Positions 1 through 16,279 of a stretch of 64,000 bases of DNA are shown piece after piece (position 1 is the stretch's first letter; each line of letters starts with the position of its first letter). The stretch is from an uncultured delta proteobacterium (GTDB lineage: Bacteria; Myxococcota_A; Polyangia; Haliangiales; Haliangiaceae): contig CAWKDB010000002.1 in the NCBI GenBank assembly GCA_963848295.1, positions 1,152,001 through 1,216,000 of the forward strand, in the 5' to 3' direction. Both the position numbers and the translations under genes were made by a program. The notes beneath the pieces were generated by a model. The model did no database searches. It was given only the letters and a program-made list of their open reading frames with translations, and was not told where the DNA came from.

Positions 1-1
1 G

Positions 2-214
2 GTGGGCGCGATCGCGTTCCGGCTGTCCGAGGTTCGCGAGTACGCGCTGCGCGGCGCGAATCTGCCGCTGTCCGGCGGTCGGCTGTTGCAAGCCGCGATG
101 GGGCTGCTCGTGGTCGCCGCCGAGGAGCGCGCCGGTGCAGGCGAGGACGTGTCGTTGTTGGCGAAGCGGATCTCGGACTACGAAGCCTGGTCAGGACACA
201 CGGCCGGACGGTGA
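2..214 (+). CDS. 3' end of a gene running in from the left edge (hypothetical)
   Basis: Open frame from the window edge with GC3-biased codons, ending in TGA at 212-214; no recognisable motif. Confidence 0.5.
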   Translation: MGAIAFRLSEVREYALRGANLPLSGGRLLQAAMGLLVVAAEERAGAGEDVSLLAKRISDYEAWSGHTAGR

Positions 215-383
215 CCACGGGGTGTCCTACATGCGGTGCGATCCTCGCTTTCGCACGGTGTGAATTCCCGGCGACACGCCGCGTCTGATTCCCGGCGGTC
301 GTTGCCAGCGATCGGCCGTAGTGGAAATGACGAGTTGCGCATGCCATGTTGCGCACCGCGAACCCCATCTTAAGAACTGTGAT

Positions 384-399
384 CGGCACACGCCGTGCT
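384..399 (+). promoter_or_regulatory. Putative sigma54 (-24/-12) promoter
   Basis: CGGCACACGCCGTGCT has GG-N10-GC spacing; the ATG at 412 lies 14 nt after the -12 C. Confidence 0.55.
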
Positions 400-411
400 C
401 TTAGCTCGAGC

Positions 412-945
412 ATGTCGCTCAAGTGGCTCGCCGGAGTGCTCGTCCTGTCCGCGGCGGCCTGTACGTGCCCCCCGGAGACCGTGGTCAAACACGGCTACGC
501 GCGATCAGCACAGTACGCGTCGCAGATCCAAGCTTGCCAGGACGGCGGAGTCTGCGACCCGCTGTGCGAGCACCTGTTCTTCCTCGGCGGCGATGACGCG
601 ATCACCGCCTGCCAGATCCTCGGCACCGACGATACGGGCGCGAAGGTCAAGGTCACGTTCCAGCGCACGGACACGTGTGCTGCGGATGACGACGGCGACT
701 CCATCGTGGTCGACGGCGATGACGGCGGCGACGATGGCAGCTGCGACGACAGCACCTGCGACGGCGGGAGCGACGACGGCTCGGATTCCGGCGACGACGG
801 CTCGGATTCCGGCGACGACGGCGGCGATTCGGGCGACGACGGCGGCGATTCGGGCGACGGCGGCGATGGCGGCGACGGCGGCGACAGCGCGATCGTCCAC
901 CACGCGCATGCGTACGCCCCGGCGCTGACCCCGGACCGCCGCTGA
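412..945 (+). CDS. Cys-containing putative lipoprotein with Asp/Gly-rich tail
   Basis: MSLKWLAGVLVLSAAAC signal and lipobox; several Cys; C-terminal DDGxDSG repeats. Confidence 0.7.
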   Translation: MSLKWLAGVLVLSAAACTCPPETVVKHGYARSAQYASQIQACQDGGVCDPLCEHLFFLGGDDAITACQILGTDDTGAKVKVTFQRTDTCAADDDGDSIVVDGDDGGDDGSCDDSTCDGGSDDGSDSGDDGSDSGDDGGDSGDDGGDSGDGGDGGDGGDSAIVHHAHAYAPALTPDRR

Positions 946-2799
946 CTACGCCCGCGTGGACTGCTCGTCCGACGCGGGACTCTTCGTCAGGTATGCGAGC
1001 TCGCTCGCGATCCAGCGCGCGATGTCCTTGTCGGTGGCGGCGTAGCCGTTCGCTTTCATCACCGTCTCGATCTGGTTCTCGAACGCGATGCAGTCGCTCG
1101 GCCGGCGATCGCGTTCGAACGCCATCGCGGTGAGCAAGATCTTGTCGAGCTCGGGCGGCACGCCCTGGCGCAGCGACGTCGGCGGCGGCAGGTGCGGCCA
1201 GTTCTCGACCCCGAGGTGGGCGAGCGCGGCGAGGTCGAGGTTCACGCCGTGACCGGTGACGATCTCGTAGCCAACCGCGGCGACCGAATAGACATCGGCG
1301 CGAACGTCGACTTGCTCGCCGACGCGTTGCTCCGGCGCCATCATCGATGGCGTGCCCTTGGTCTCACCCGCGACCGTGAGATGAGACTGCTTCGCCGCCT
1401 TCGCGATCCCGAAATCGACGACCTTGACCCCGCCCTGCTTCGACACCAACACGTTCGCGCTCTTGACGTCGCGGTGGATGATGTTGAGCGGTGCGCCGTC
1501 GGAGCCCGTCGCCTTGTGCGCGGCTTCGAGCCCGTCGCAGATCCGGCACAGGATGCCCAAGCCGACATCGAGCGGCACCAACCGCTGCGCCGTGCGGCCG
1601 GCCGCGAGCAAGCGCTCGAGGTCGACGCCGTCGACGTAGTCCATCACGATGACGTAGTCGTCGCCGATCTTGCCGAGATCCTGGATCGAGACGACGTTCG
1701 GGTGGACGACCCGGGCCGCGAGCCGCGCCTCGTCGAGAAAGTGCTCGACCGCGCGCTGGTTGCGCGCGAGGAACGGGTGCATGACCTTGAGCGCGACGAG
1801 CTTCTCGAAGCCAGCGTCGCCGCGAGCGTGCGCGAGGTAGACGTCGGCCATGCCGCCCGAGCCGAGCCGGCGCACGATCTCCCATCGACCGATCACCGCC
1901 CCGGCCGGCAAGCCCTGCGGCGGGATCACGATCGGCCCGCTCTGATCCGCGGCGAGTGGAGTGCCGGCGGCGAGCCCGACGACCGAGCTGCCGGCCAGCG
2001 GAGGCACGCTGAGCTGGGTGGCGTCGCGCCCGAGGTCTCGGCGCTTGCCGGTGACGAGCCCGGTGACGAGCAGATCATGCCGACGAGCGCACCCGCGCCG
2101 CCACCGACGGCGAGCGCCATGATCCGACCTCCGCTGAGCGGCGGCACGACCGCGTGTAACATCACCTTCATCTCGAGGCCGGCGATCGGGAACACGTCGG
2201 TCTCGGCGTTCGGACCCGGCTTGCCGACCGGGACGCTGCTCTCGCCATAGTCGAGCGCGCCGGTGACGCCGGCGGACGTCAGCTTGGCGACCTCGGCGTT
2301 CAGCTCGACCGGCCGCGCGACCGCGAGATACCCACGCTTGGCGCCGCTCTTCGGCACGACGTCGACCGTCTCGCTGACCACGAGCTTGCCGCCGACGAGG
2401 TCCGCGCGATTCTGGTGGAGATCTCGGCTTCGCGCCGTCGGGCTCCGTGATCAACACGTCGGGCGAGCCGTCGGGCAACAGCTGACCGAGCGTGATCACC
2501 TCGCCACCCATCGGGTGAAACGCGAGCTCGCCGCGCACGACCATGTCCTTCGCGGTCGCCTCGTCGGTCACGACCGCGCCCTCGACTTGTTGCACCGACG
2601 CTAACGTCGTCGCGCGCTCGTGAATCGCGCTGCGCGCGGCGCGCAGATCACTCGCGACCATCTCGGCGGCGCCGCCGACCGCTGCCTTCCACGCGTCGCT
2701 CTTGCCACCGACCGGCTTGCGCGTCACGCCGTAGACCGCTGCCCCGGCGCCGGCGGCGACGAGCAGGAGGCCGACCGCGATCAGCGCAGGCTTAGCCAC
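946..2799 (-). CDS. Membrane Ser/Thr protein kinase with N-terminal extracytoplasmic region (two compensating frameshifts near 2410 and 2070)
   Basis: GSGGMADVY, VALKVM, HRDVKSAN, DFG and APE motifs. The sensible middle segment, with a TM helix, is in ORF 1926..2381. GTG start at 2799 overlaps the upstream stop. Confidence 0.85.
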   Translation of the reverse strand: MAKPALIAVGLLLVAAGAGAAVYGVTRKPVGGKSDAWKAAVGGAAEMVASDLRAARSAIHERATTLASVQQVEGAVVTDEATAKDMVVRGELAFHPMGGEVITLGQLLPDGSPDVLITEPDGAKPRSPPESRGPRRRQARGQRDGRRRAEERRQAWVSRGRAAGRAERRGRQADVRRRHRRARLWREQRPGRQAGSERRDRRVPDRRPRDEGDVTRGRAAAQRRSDHGARRRWRRGCARRHDLLVTGLVTGKRRDLGRDATQLSVPPLAGSSVVGLAAGTPLAADQSGPIVIPPQGLPAGAVIGRWEIVRRLGSGGMADVYLAHARGDAGFEKLVALKVMHPFLARNQRAVEHFLDEARLAARVVHPNVVSIQDLGKIGDDYVIVMDYVDGVDLERLLAAGRTAQRLVPLDVGLGILCRICDGLEAAHKATGSDGAPLNIIHRDVKSANVLVSKQGGVKVVDFGIAKAAKQSHLTVAGETKGTPSMMAPEQRVGEQVDVRADVYSVAAVGYEIVTGHGVNLDLAALAHLGVENWPHLPPPTSLRQGVPPELDKILLTAMAFERDRRPSDCIAFENQIETVMKANGYAATDKDIARWIASELAYLTKSPASDEQSTRA

Positions 2800-3784
2800 G
2801 CTTGGCTCCGAACTTGTCCGGCGTCGGCCCGGCGGGCGCATCGGCCGCCACCCCGACGTCGACCGTGTTCGCGCCGGCTCTGAGCGTGATCGTCTGCTCG
2901 ATCGGCGCCTTGCTGCGCTCGCTCCAAGCCTTGAGCTTGTACTTGCCCGGCGCGAGGTGCCGGAACGCGTAGTGACCGGTGTCGTCGGTGACGACGTACG
3001 CCGGCGCCGACACGACCGCGATGTACGCCGACATGTTCGCGTGCAGGTTGCAGCCGAGCCGGATGATGCCTTCCTTGCGGAACGTGAACTCGCGCGCCTC
3101 GCCGGCCTTGTAGATGCCGAGATCGAAGGCGCCGAGCGGCGACGTCGAGAACACGTTGTGGAACACGTTGTCGAAGTTCGGGAACGCGATCGTCGAACCG
3201 ACCGGAATCGCCATCACGTGCGGCAGGAACTCGCGACCGCGTTGCTCGATCACGCGATGCTTGACGGTGCGCGGCTTCCACCTGCCGTGTGCCGGCTCGA
3301 GCGTGACCAGGCCAAACGCACCGGTCAGCGGCTTGCCGTCGATCACGAGCGCACCGGTCAGGCTCGCCTCGACCCTCGGTGGCGCCACCTTCGCTTCGGC
3401 GTCCTCGGCCTCCGAGCTGCCGACCGTCTTCGGCTGCGGCGCGGCTGCCGTGTCGACCTTCTCGGTCGGCGTCGTGATCCTCGGCGGCGCGCCTTCGCGG
3501 AACAGCGTCGCGACCTGCGCGACCGCATCGGGGCCGACCAGCAGCTCGGCGGTCGAGAACAACTGCTCCGCGAGGTTCTTGTTGCCGTTCTGCAGCGCGG
3601 TATTGGCCTTGTCGAGCAGATCGGCGGCCTCGCGCAGCTCCTGCGCTTTCTCGCCTGCCGGCCCGAGCTTCACCGGCGGCCTGGCGGGAGCAGGATTCGG
3701 GCGGGCGCTCGAGGGCGACAAGAAGGCGGCGGCCAGGACGACGGCGAACGCCGCTACCCCAGCTTTGGTGACTCGGAGGCTCAT
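2792..3784 (-). CDS. Secreted protein with cupredoxin-like and carboxypeptidase-regulatory-like beta-sandwich domains
   Basis: Signal peptide; FPNFDNVFHNVFS...GCNLHANM motif; G-Y-L-AW beta-sandwich segment. Confidence 0.75.
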   Translation of the reverse strand: MSLRVTKAGVAAFAVVLAAAFLSPSSARPNPAPARPPVKLGPAGEKAQELREAADLLDKANTALQNGNKNLAEQLFSTAELLVGPDAVAQVATLFREGAPPRITTPTEKVDTAAAPQPKTVGSSEAEDAEAKVAPPRVEASLTGALVIDGKPLTGAFGLVTLEPAHGRWKPRTVKHRVIEQRGREFLPHVMAIPVGSTIAFPNFDNVFHNVFSTSPLGAFDLGIYKAGEAREFTFRKEGIIRLGCNLHANMSAYIAVVSAPAYVVTDDTGHYAFRHLAPGKYKLKAWSERSKAPIEQTITLRAGANTVDVGVAADAPAGPTPDKFGAKRG

Positions 3785-3864
3785 CGGGTCCCTATTGTAC
3801 GCGCTGGCGGGCTCCGGGTAACGAATCGCGTGCTACGGTCCGTTTCGATTTTCGGAGCCTCCGC

Positions 3865-4596
3865 ATGGTGTTCGGCCTGTTTTCAAAAGAGCGCGCGCTA
3901 CAAAAGACGATCGAGAAGGGGATCAACAAGCTCGCCCAGCAGCCCGATCGCATGGGCGCGCTTCAAGCGTTGAGCGACGATGGGTCCGACGAGGCAATCT
4001 ACGGCCTGTGCAAGCGGTTCGGCGTGACGTCGATGAAGGGCGTCGAGGACGAGTACGAGAAGACCTGGGTCGGTGATGTCCTGGTGTCCAAGGGCCCGGT
4101 CGCGCTGCCGCCGCTGGTCCGCTACATGAAAACGGCCGACCAGCTCGCGCACCCCCTCAAGGTGGTCGAACGACTCGCCGGCCATGACAAGGCGATCGAG
4201 ATCGTCGACGAGATCCTCGCGACCGAGAAGCCGGGCTACGTCCGGATGCCGGACCGCCGGATCGATCTGCTGAGGTGGTTCACCGAGTGGAAAGGCGCGA
4301 CCGACGACGAGGTGATCTCCCGGATCACGCCCTATATCGTCGACTTCGACGAGAACGTCCGGTTCACGGCGATCGATGGGCTCGCGACCAAGGACCCGGC
4401 GAAGATCGCGCCGCCGCTGATCGCGGCGCTGCTGCGCCCAGAAGAAGAGTCGTGGCGGATTCGCCGGGCGATCACCGAGGTCCTCGCGAAGACCAAGGCG
4501 CCGCTCGGCGACAAAGCCAAGGCGGTCGCCGGAGCGCTGACCGGCCCGCTCGCGAACGACTTCAAGGTCGACGCCGGCGTGATCAAAGCCAAGTAG
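3865..4596 (+). CDS. HEAT-repeat protein
   Basis: DENVRFTAIDGL and ESWRIRRAITEVL HEAT-like repeats; GGAG RBS. Confidence 0.75.
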   Translation: MVFGLFSKERALQKTIEKGINKLAQQPDRMGALQALSDDGSDEAIYGLCKRFGVTSMKGVEDEYEKTWVGDVLVSKGPVALPPLVRYMKTADQLAHPLKVVERLAGHDKAIEIVDEILATEKPGYVRMPDRRIDLLRWFTEWKGATDDEVISRITPYIVDFDENVRFTAIDGLATKDPAKIAPPLIAALLRPEEESWRIRRAITEVLAKTKAPLGDKAKAVAGALTGPLANDFKVDAGVIKAK

Positions 4597-4600
4597 CGCG

Positions 4601-5032
<432 letters not shown>

Positions 5033-5105
5033 GAACGAGGCTTATCACGTCGCCGACGGAGATCAGCACCGCGCGCCGCGCTGGTTGTGGTAAACGAACG
5101 TCCCG

Positions 5106-8342
<3,237 letters not shown>

Positions 8343-8346
8343 TCCG

Positions 8347-10164
8347 GTGCTGGCGCGTCGCGAGCACGTCGTCGTCGGCGCAGTGTTCGCGGTCCTGCTC
8401 GCACTCGGTACCTGGGAGTGGCAGCACGGTCGCGAAGATCACGACCTGCCGACCGCCGAGCTGCACGCGGACGCGGCGTACTACTACGTCTACTTGCCGT
8501 CGCTGCTCGGCGGCGACCTCGACTTCACCGACGAATACAGCGAGACGCACGACTGGTATCACCTCGCCGACACGCCGACCGGGCGCCACGGCAACGTGTT
8601 CGGCATCGGACCCGCGGTGTTCACTGCGCCGCTGTTCCTGCTCGGCCACGGGCTCGCGTTCGTGGCGGGCTCGCGCCAAGACGGCTTCTCCGAATGGGAG
8701 ATCCGGCTCTACACGTGGAGCTCGGTGCTCGCATCGCTCGCCGCGGTGTTCTTCGCCTATCGCCTGGTCCGGCGGCGATTCGGCGGCGGCGCGCTGGCGG
8801 TGGCCGGCCCGATCGTCGCGGCGCTCGCCGGCCCGGTCGTCTATTACGCCACCCGCCAACCCGGCTACGCGCATCCGTTCGCGACGCTGTTCGGGGCGTG
8901 GCTCGTCGAGCGCTGGGACGCGAGCTACGACGGTCGCACGCCGCGCACGTTGCGCACGTGGCTCGGGCTCGGCGCCTTGTTCGGCGCCGGCGTGCTCGCG
9001 CGGCCGCAACTCGCGCTGTGGGGCGTGTTGCTCGCCGCGGCCGCGGTCGACGATTGGCGCACCGGCTGGCATCCGCGCCTCGCGCTGCGCTGGCTCGCCG
9101 GCGCCGCGGTCGCGCTCGCCGTGTTCGCGCCGCAATTGCTCGCCTGGCGCGCGCTGTACGGCAGCTGGTTCCTCGTGCCGCAAGGTCCCGGGTTCATGCG
9201 CTGGGATGCGCCGTGCGCGAGCGAGGTGCTGTTCTCGTCGCGCAACGGCTTGTTCCCGTGGTCGCCCGCGTACCTCGTGTTCGGCATCGCGGCGATCGCG
9301 GCGGCGCGCAAGCTGCCGCGCCTCGTCGTCGGCCTCGGTGCCGGGTTCGCGCTGCAGACGATCTCGAACGGCGCGGTGTGGGACTGGTGGGGCGGCGGCG
9401 CGTTCGGCGGACGGCGGTTCGACTCGACCTACGTGTGCTTCGCGGTCGGGGCCGCGGTGATCGTGGCGTGGCTCGCACGCGTCGTGCCGCCGGCGATCGC
9501 GCGCTCCGCACCCCTGCGAGCCCGATGGGTCGGTGCAGGTGCCGTGCTGTTCGGCGCCCTCGTCGGGCTCGTCGTGGTCGCGAACCTCCGCCTCGCGACC
9601 CACACGACGGTCACCAGCGCTCGGATCTTCGGCGGCGAGCAAGCCGCTGCGGTCATTCGCAGCGAGGCGCGTGGCCTCCCGGGGTCCGTCGCGGGGTGGG
9701 CATCGGCGCTATCGAACTTGCCGGCGCGCGCGCTGTTCGCGTGGCGCTACGACACCGACCTCGCCGGCTACGACCGAGTCGTCGGCGTCCATGCTCTCGG
9801 CGAGACGTTCCCGGGCCTCAACCCGTATCCCGATCAAGAGACCGATACGATCGGCGTGGCGCCGAGCCCGTTCGTCGACGGCACCGTTCGCCACAAAGGC
9901 GAGGTCGCGGTCGGGCCCGATGGCCGCGTCCGCATCCTCGTCGGGCTCAACCGCGAAGGTGGCGTCGCGCTCCGGATCGTGCTCGATGGCAGCGGACGCG
10001 CGCGGGTGCGATGGAACGACGAGCTGCTGGTCGAACAAGCCATCGGCCCGGGCGTGATCCTCGACGCGACCGCGCACACGATCCGGCGCGGCACGAACGA
10101 GCTCGTGATCGAGGCGCCGCCCGGCTCGGTCTTGCACCCGATCGCGATCTCGGCGACCCGCTAA
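8347..10164 (+). CDS. Polytopic membrane protein, probable GT-C glycosyltransferase
   Basis: DAAYYYVYLPSLLGGDLDF, LFSSRNGLFPWSP and WDWWGGGAFGGRRF motifs; many TM segments. Confidence 0.75.
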   Translation: MLARREHVVVGAVFAVLLALGTWEWQHGREDHDLPTAELHADAAYYYVYLPSLLGGDLDFTDEYSETHDWYHLADTPTGRHGNVFGIGPAVFTAPLFLLGHGLAFVAGSRQDGFSEWEIRLYTWSSVLASLAAVFFAYRLVRRRFGGGALAVAGPIVAALAGPVVYYATRQPGYAHPFATLFGAWLVERWDASYDGRTPRTLRTWLGLGALFGAGVLARPQLALWGVLLAAAAVDDWRTGWHPRLALRWLAGAAVALAVFAPQLLAWRALYGSWFLVPQGPGFMRWDAPCASEVLFSSRNGLFPWSPAYLVFGIAAIAAARKLPRLVVGLGAGFALQTISNGAVWDWWGGGAFGGRRFDSTYVCFAVGAAVIVAWLARVVPPAIARSAPLRARWVGAGAVLFGALVGLVVVANLRLATHTTVTSARIFGGEQAAAVIRSEARGLPGSVAGWASALSNLPARALFAWRYDTDLAGYDRVVGVHALGETFPGLNPYPDQETDTIGVAPSPFVDGTVRHKGEVAVGPDGRVRILVGLNREGGVALRIVLDGSGRARVRWNDELLVEQAIGPGVILDATAHTIRRGTNELVIEAPPGSVLHPIAISATR

Positions 10165-10805
10165 GCGAGCTCGACCGGCTCGATCGTCGCGCCCGGAATC
10201 GTCGCGACGAGCTCGCGATACCACGCGGTCGCTTTCGCGGTGCGGCCCGGCAAGCCTCGCGTGCCCCACACGATCGACAACACGGAGCGCGAGGTCTCCG
10301 AGGTCTTCGTGCGCTGAGCGTCCTTGACCGGCGTTCCGCTCGGGCCTTGCCGATCGCACAAGCACAGCAGGCCGCTCGCATCGATCACTTGGCCGGATGG
10401 ATTGAACACGTAGCTCGTCCCCGCTGGTGCCACGACGATGCGCAGCTCGCCCGCGCTGAGGTCGAGATCGATCAAGCTGATCGGCAGCCCGGAGTGCAAC
10501 GATGCCGCGTTGCACGCATCGACCGCGGCGTTGATCCGCGGAAACCGATCCTCGGCCGCCGCGGCGTGAAGGTACTCCGACGCTGGCTTGCTGCGCCCTG
10601 CTGGCTTGAACCCGCCGGCGCGCAATAGATCTCGCACGGCAGCGCGGACGGTGTCGGAGCTGATCAAGGGTGCAGTGGCGCCGGGCTCGAACAGCGACGT
10701 GATCGCCGGCGGCGCCGCGAGCTCGCCGAGCGGTCGCGCGAGCCGCGTCACAAAGGCACCGACCTCGAGCAGCACGTGAGGCTCGACTGCGACGGTAAGG
10801 GACAT
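10161..10805 (-). CDS. Stand-alone B3/B4 domain (PheRS-beta editing-like) protein
   Basis: GFKPAGRSKPASEYL and INAAVDACNAASLHSGLPISLIDLD motifs. Confidence 0.85.
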   Translation of the reverse strand: MSLTVAVEPHVLLEVGAFVTRLARPLGELAAPPAITSLFEPGATAPLISSDTVRAAVRDLLRAGGFKPAGRSKPASEYLHAAAAEDRFPRINAAVDACNAASLHSGLPISLIDLDLSAGELRIVVAPAGTSYVFNPSGQVIDASGLLCLCDRQGPSGTPVKDAQRTKTSETSRSVLSIVWGTRGLPGRTAKATAWYRELVATIPGATIEPVELA

Positions 10806-10859
10806 ACCTACACCTTATCGCCAGCCCCCCGACTACCGACCTTCGGATACACTATTTAC

Positions 10860-13024
<2,165 letters not shown>

Positions 13025-13028
<4 letters not shown>

Positions 13029-13864
13029 TCGCGCGCGCGGTCATCGTCGTCGTGGTCGTGCTGGCGGGGGCCGTCGAGGCGAGCCCGACCAAGGTGCTCG
13101 TGCTGCCGACCGGCGGCGACGCCGACCCCGCGTTGCGCCATCGCTTGGACGCGCAGCTCAAGAAGCTCGCGCAGGAGCTCGGCGACGTCGCGACCGGTGA
13201 TACGACGTTCGACGAGACCGCGACTGCGGTCGGCTGTGACCCCTCTGCGCCCGAGTGCGCCGGCCAGGTCCTGAGCACGGTCGGCGTCGACCAGCTCGTG
13301 TGGGCCACCGCCGCGACCAACGCCGGCGAGACCACGGTCACGGTCCAGCGCGCGACGAAGGACGCGCCGACGCGCCAGCTCTCGGTCGCGCTCGCGCCCG
13401 GCGATGATGGCAGTAAAACCGACGGGCAGCTCGCCACGTTGTTCGGTCCAGCGGTCGCGGAGCCGAGCGCGCCGCCGATCGCACCGGCGCCACGACCGGC
13501 CGAGCCGCGCGACGATGCCGGCCAGCACGGCGACTTCAACCGCGGGATCGGCATCACGACGCTCGCGACCGGCGGCATCGCGCTGATCATCGGCGTCGCC
13601 TTGTGGGGCAGCGCGAGCAGCACGCAAGGTGAGATCAATTCGGCGCCGCTCGACACCGCGGCCGACGTTCAGAACGTGATGTCATTGCAAGCGAAGGCTG
13701 ACAACTACGCCTCGTCGGGCAACTTCCTCGTCGTCGGCGGTGCAGTGCTCGCCGGCGCGGGCGCGGTGCTGCTGTACCTCGACCATCGCCACCGCACGAG
13801 CATCGCGCCGATCGCGTTGGCCCACGGTGCGGGCATCTCCGTCACGTTCGCGGGGTCGCCATGA
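13025..13864 (+). CDS. Secreted or membrane protein with C-terminal hydrophobic segments
   Basis: GTG overlaps the kinase stop (GTGA); signal peptide; C-terminal TM-like segments. Confidence 0.7.
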
Positions 13865-14454
13865 AGCATGCGATCGCAGTGGTCGTCGTCGTCTTGCTCG
13901 GTGGATGCAGCATCGATCACCGCACCGACGGCTTGAAGTGCGGCTCGTCGTCGGACTGCAGCGACGGCCGAACATGCGATCTGTCGATCGGCGGCTACTG
14001 TGTCACCGACGGCTCGAGCTCGATGATGTGCCCGTCGGTCTGTGCGAGCTGCGACTTCACGCAGGCCACGCCGGCGTGCGCGATCACGAGCGGCGGCTCG
14101 GTGCAGTGCCCGGCGGGGTTCTTCTGCGACATCACCTGCGGCGGCACCGACAACTGTAGCTCGGTGACCTGCGGCGATGACGGCTGCGACGTGACGTGCT
14201 CATCGGCCGGCGCGTGCAGCGCCATCTCGTGCCCCGGCACCGGCCCGTGCCAGGTCGATTGCCGGACCACGGGAGCTTGCGGCGGCAACATCACCTGTAC
14301 CAGCTCGTGCAAGTGCGACGTGACGTGCACCGGGCAGAACGCCTGCAGCGGGCTGTCGAGTTGCCCCAAGCACGGCGCGACTCGATGCACGACCGACGGC
14401 AGCCCGCTCTCTCCGTGCGACTCGTCGAAGGCCGCCTCGTGCGACCAGTGCTAG
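13861..14454 (+). CDS. Cys-rich lipoprotein
   Basis: LLGGC lipobox; many Cys in repeating CxxxC...C units; ATGA coupling to the upstream gene. Confidence 0.8.
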   Translation: MKHAIAVVVVVLLGGCSIDHRTDGLKCGSSSDCSDGRTCDLSIGGYCVTDGSSSMMCPSVCASCDFTQATPACAITSGGSVQCPAGFFCDITCGGTDNCSSVTCGDDGCDVTCSSAGACSAISCPGTGPCQVDCRTTGACGGNITCTSSCKCDVTCTGQNACSGLSSCPKHGATRCTTDGSPLSPCDSSKAASCDQC

Positions 14455-14545
14455 AGAGGCGGCTTCATCGGCGTCATCGGGGACTTGCCCGCCGCGTGGG
14501 TTGAGGGTACGAATCGCTCTGCCGCAAGCTCGCGGCGCGTGCGCT

Positions 14546-15052
14546 ATGAGCGAGAAATTCCCCATGACCCCCGCGGGGTTCGCCACGATGAAGGCGCACC
14601 TCTATCGGCTCAAGAATCACGACCGGATCGCGAATAGCCGGGCGATCGAGATCGCCCGCGGGCACGGCGACCTGTCCGAAAACGCCGATTACAGCGCCGC
14701 CAAAGAGGAACAAGGCCTGATCGAGGCCAAGATCCGCGAGCTCGAAGCGAAATTGGCGATGTCCGAAGTAATTGATCCAACCAAATTGTCGGGTACGCGA
14801 GTCAGATTCGGCGCGACCGTGACGATCATCGACACCGAGAGCGACGAGTCCACGCGCTACGTGATCGTCGGCGAGCATGAAGCCGACATCAAGCGCGGTC
14901 GGATCTCGATCGGCGCACCCGTCGCTCGCGCGTTGATCGGCAAAGAAGTCGGAGAGACGGTCGTCGTACAGAGCCCGAAGGGCAAGCGAGAGTACGAAGT
15001 CGCCTCGGTCGAATGGATCGAAGTTTCCCCGCTCGAGGAGGTCGCGTCGTGA
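14546..15052 (+). CDS. greA: Transcription elongation factor GreA
   Basis: ARGHGDLSENADYSAAKEEQ and ISIGAPVARALIGK motifs. Confidence 0.97.
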   Translation: MSEKFPMTPAGFATMKAHLYRLKNHDRIANSRAIEIARGHGDLSENADYSAAKEEQGLIEAKIRELEAKLAMSEVIDPTKLSGTRVRFGATVTIIDTESDESTRYVIVGEHEADIKRGRISIGAPVARALIGKEVGETVVVQSPKGKREYEVASVEWIEVSPLEEVAS

Positions 15053-15288
15053 TTCGTAAAGCTCTCTTGGTTGTCGCGACGATCGCGCTGGGTGCGGCCG
15101 GTTGCAAACAAGGCCTCGGGCAGCGCTGCCAGGTTCAATCCGACTGTGCGGACAACCTCGTGTGCAACGAAGGTACCCAGCAGTGTTCGACCGGCACCGG
15201 CACCGGCCTCGACGCCGGCCTCCCGATCGACGCGCCGATCGACGCGAAGCCGATCGACGCGACGCCGATCGACTCGACCGTCCAATAG
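15049..15288 (+). CDS. Small Cys-containing lipoprotein
   Basis: GTGA coupling to greA; AAGC lipobox; C-x5-C-x5-C-x6-C; PIDA repeats. Confidence 0.7.
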   Translation: MIRKALLVVATIALGAAGCKQGLGQRCQVQSDCADNLVCNEGTQQCSTGTGTGLDAGLPIDAPIDAKPIDATPIDSTVQ

Positions 15289-16257
15289 CTACAAGCTGCG
15301 CGCGCAGCGCAGGCCGATATGCGAGAAGCGATGGTCGCCTGCGTAGACCGGGTTGTACGGATCGCGCGCGTACGTCCGGCCGAGATAGGCGGGTTGCCGC
15401 CACGAGCCACCGCGGACGACATGCGGCTCGCTCGCGATCCCGGCGCGCACCGGATCGAGATCCGGCAAGCCTTTGTAGCCGAGCGTCTCGGGCGTCGAGC
15501 CGAGCGCATCGGCGGTCCACTCCGCGACGTTGCCGGCGAGATCGCGCAAGCCGTAGCCGGCCCACGCCGGGCCATCGCCCCACTCGAAGCTGCCGGGCGG
15601 CGCGAGCGCGAGCGCACCATCACTGTCGTCGGGGTCGCCCATGAGCTCGAGCGGAAACGTCGCGGGCGTGCGATCGATCTCGCGCATCGCCAGCGCGCGT
15701 GGTTGACCGTGGTTGAAGTCGGCGTCGCGCGCAGTGTTGCCCCACGGCCACTCGCGCCTGTCGTCCCCGCGTGCCGCGTGCTCCCACTCCGCCTCCGTCG
15801 GTAAGCGGCCACCGCGCCACTGGCAGAACTGCTGCGCCTCCGACCAGGTGACGTTGACGAGCGGCCAGTCATCGCGCAGATAACGCAGGTCGCCGGCGAC
15901 CAACGGTTCGAGCGCACAGTGACCAGCGGCCGCGCAGCGCCGGTAGTCCGCCACCGTGACCTCGTAGCGATCGATCGCGAACGCCGACAGATAGATCACG
16001 CGCTCGCCCATCTCCTCGAGCTCGCGCACGTAGAGGTCGCACATCGAATCGATCTGCGCGACCGTGGCCGGATTGATGCGGGAGACATGATCGAGCCGGC
16101 ATTCGGCGAGTAGGTCCGCCTCGTCGCCGGGCTCGATGCCCATCTCGAACGAACCGGCCGGGACGTAGACCTCGCGCGGCGGTTCGTCGACGACGCGCAC
16201 GACCTGGCCTGCGCCCAGCGAGAGCAGCGCGCACATCGCCATGACCCATGGTCGCAT
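15289..16257 (-). CDS. FGE-sulfatase (SUMF1/EgtB/PvdO) domain protein
   Basis: RLPTEAEWEHAARG, DLAGNVAEW, VVRGGSW and IGLRCAR motifs. Confidence 0.92.
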   Translation of the reverse strand: MRPWVMAMCALLSLGAGQVVRVVDEPPREVYVPAGSFEMGIEPGDEADLLAECRLDHVSRINPATVAQIDSMCDLYVRELEEMGERVIYLSAFAIDRYEVTVADYRRCAAAGHCALEPLVAGDLRYLRDDWPLVNVTWSEAQQFCQWRGGRLPTEAEWEHAARGDDRREWPWGNTARDADFNHGQPRALAMREIDRTPATFPLELMGDPDDSDGALALAPPGSFEWGDGPAWAGYGLRDLAGNVAEWTADALGSTPETLGYKGLPDLDPVRAGIASEPHVVRGGSWRQPAYLGRTYARDPYNPVYAGDHRFSHIGLRCARSL

Positions 16258-16279
16258 CAGCGCTGATCGTGGCGCGGAT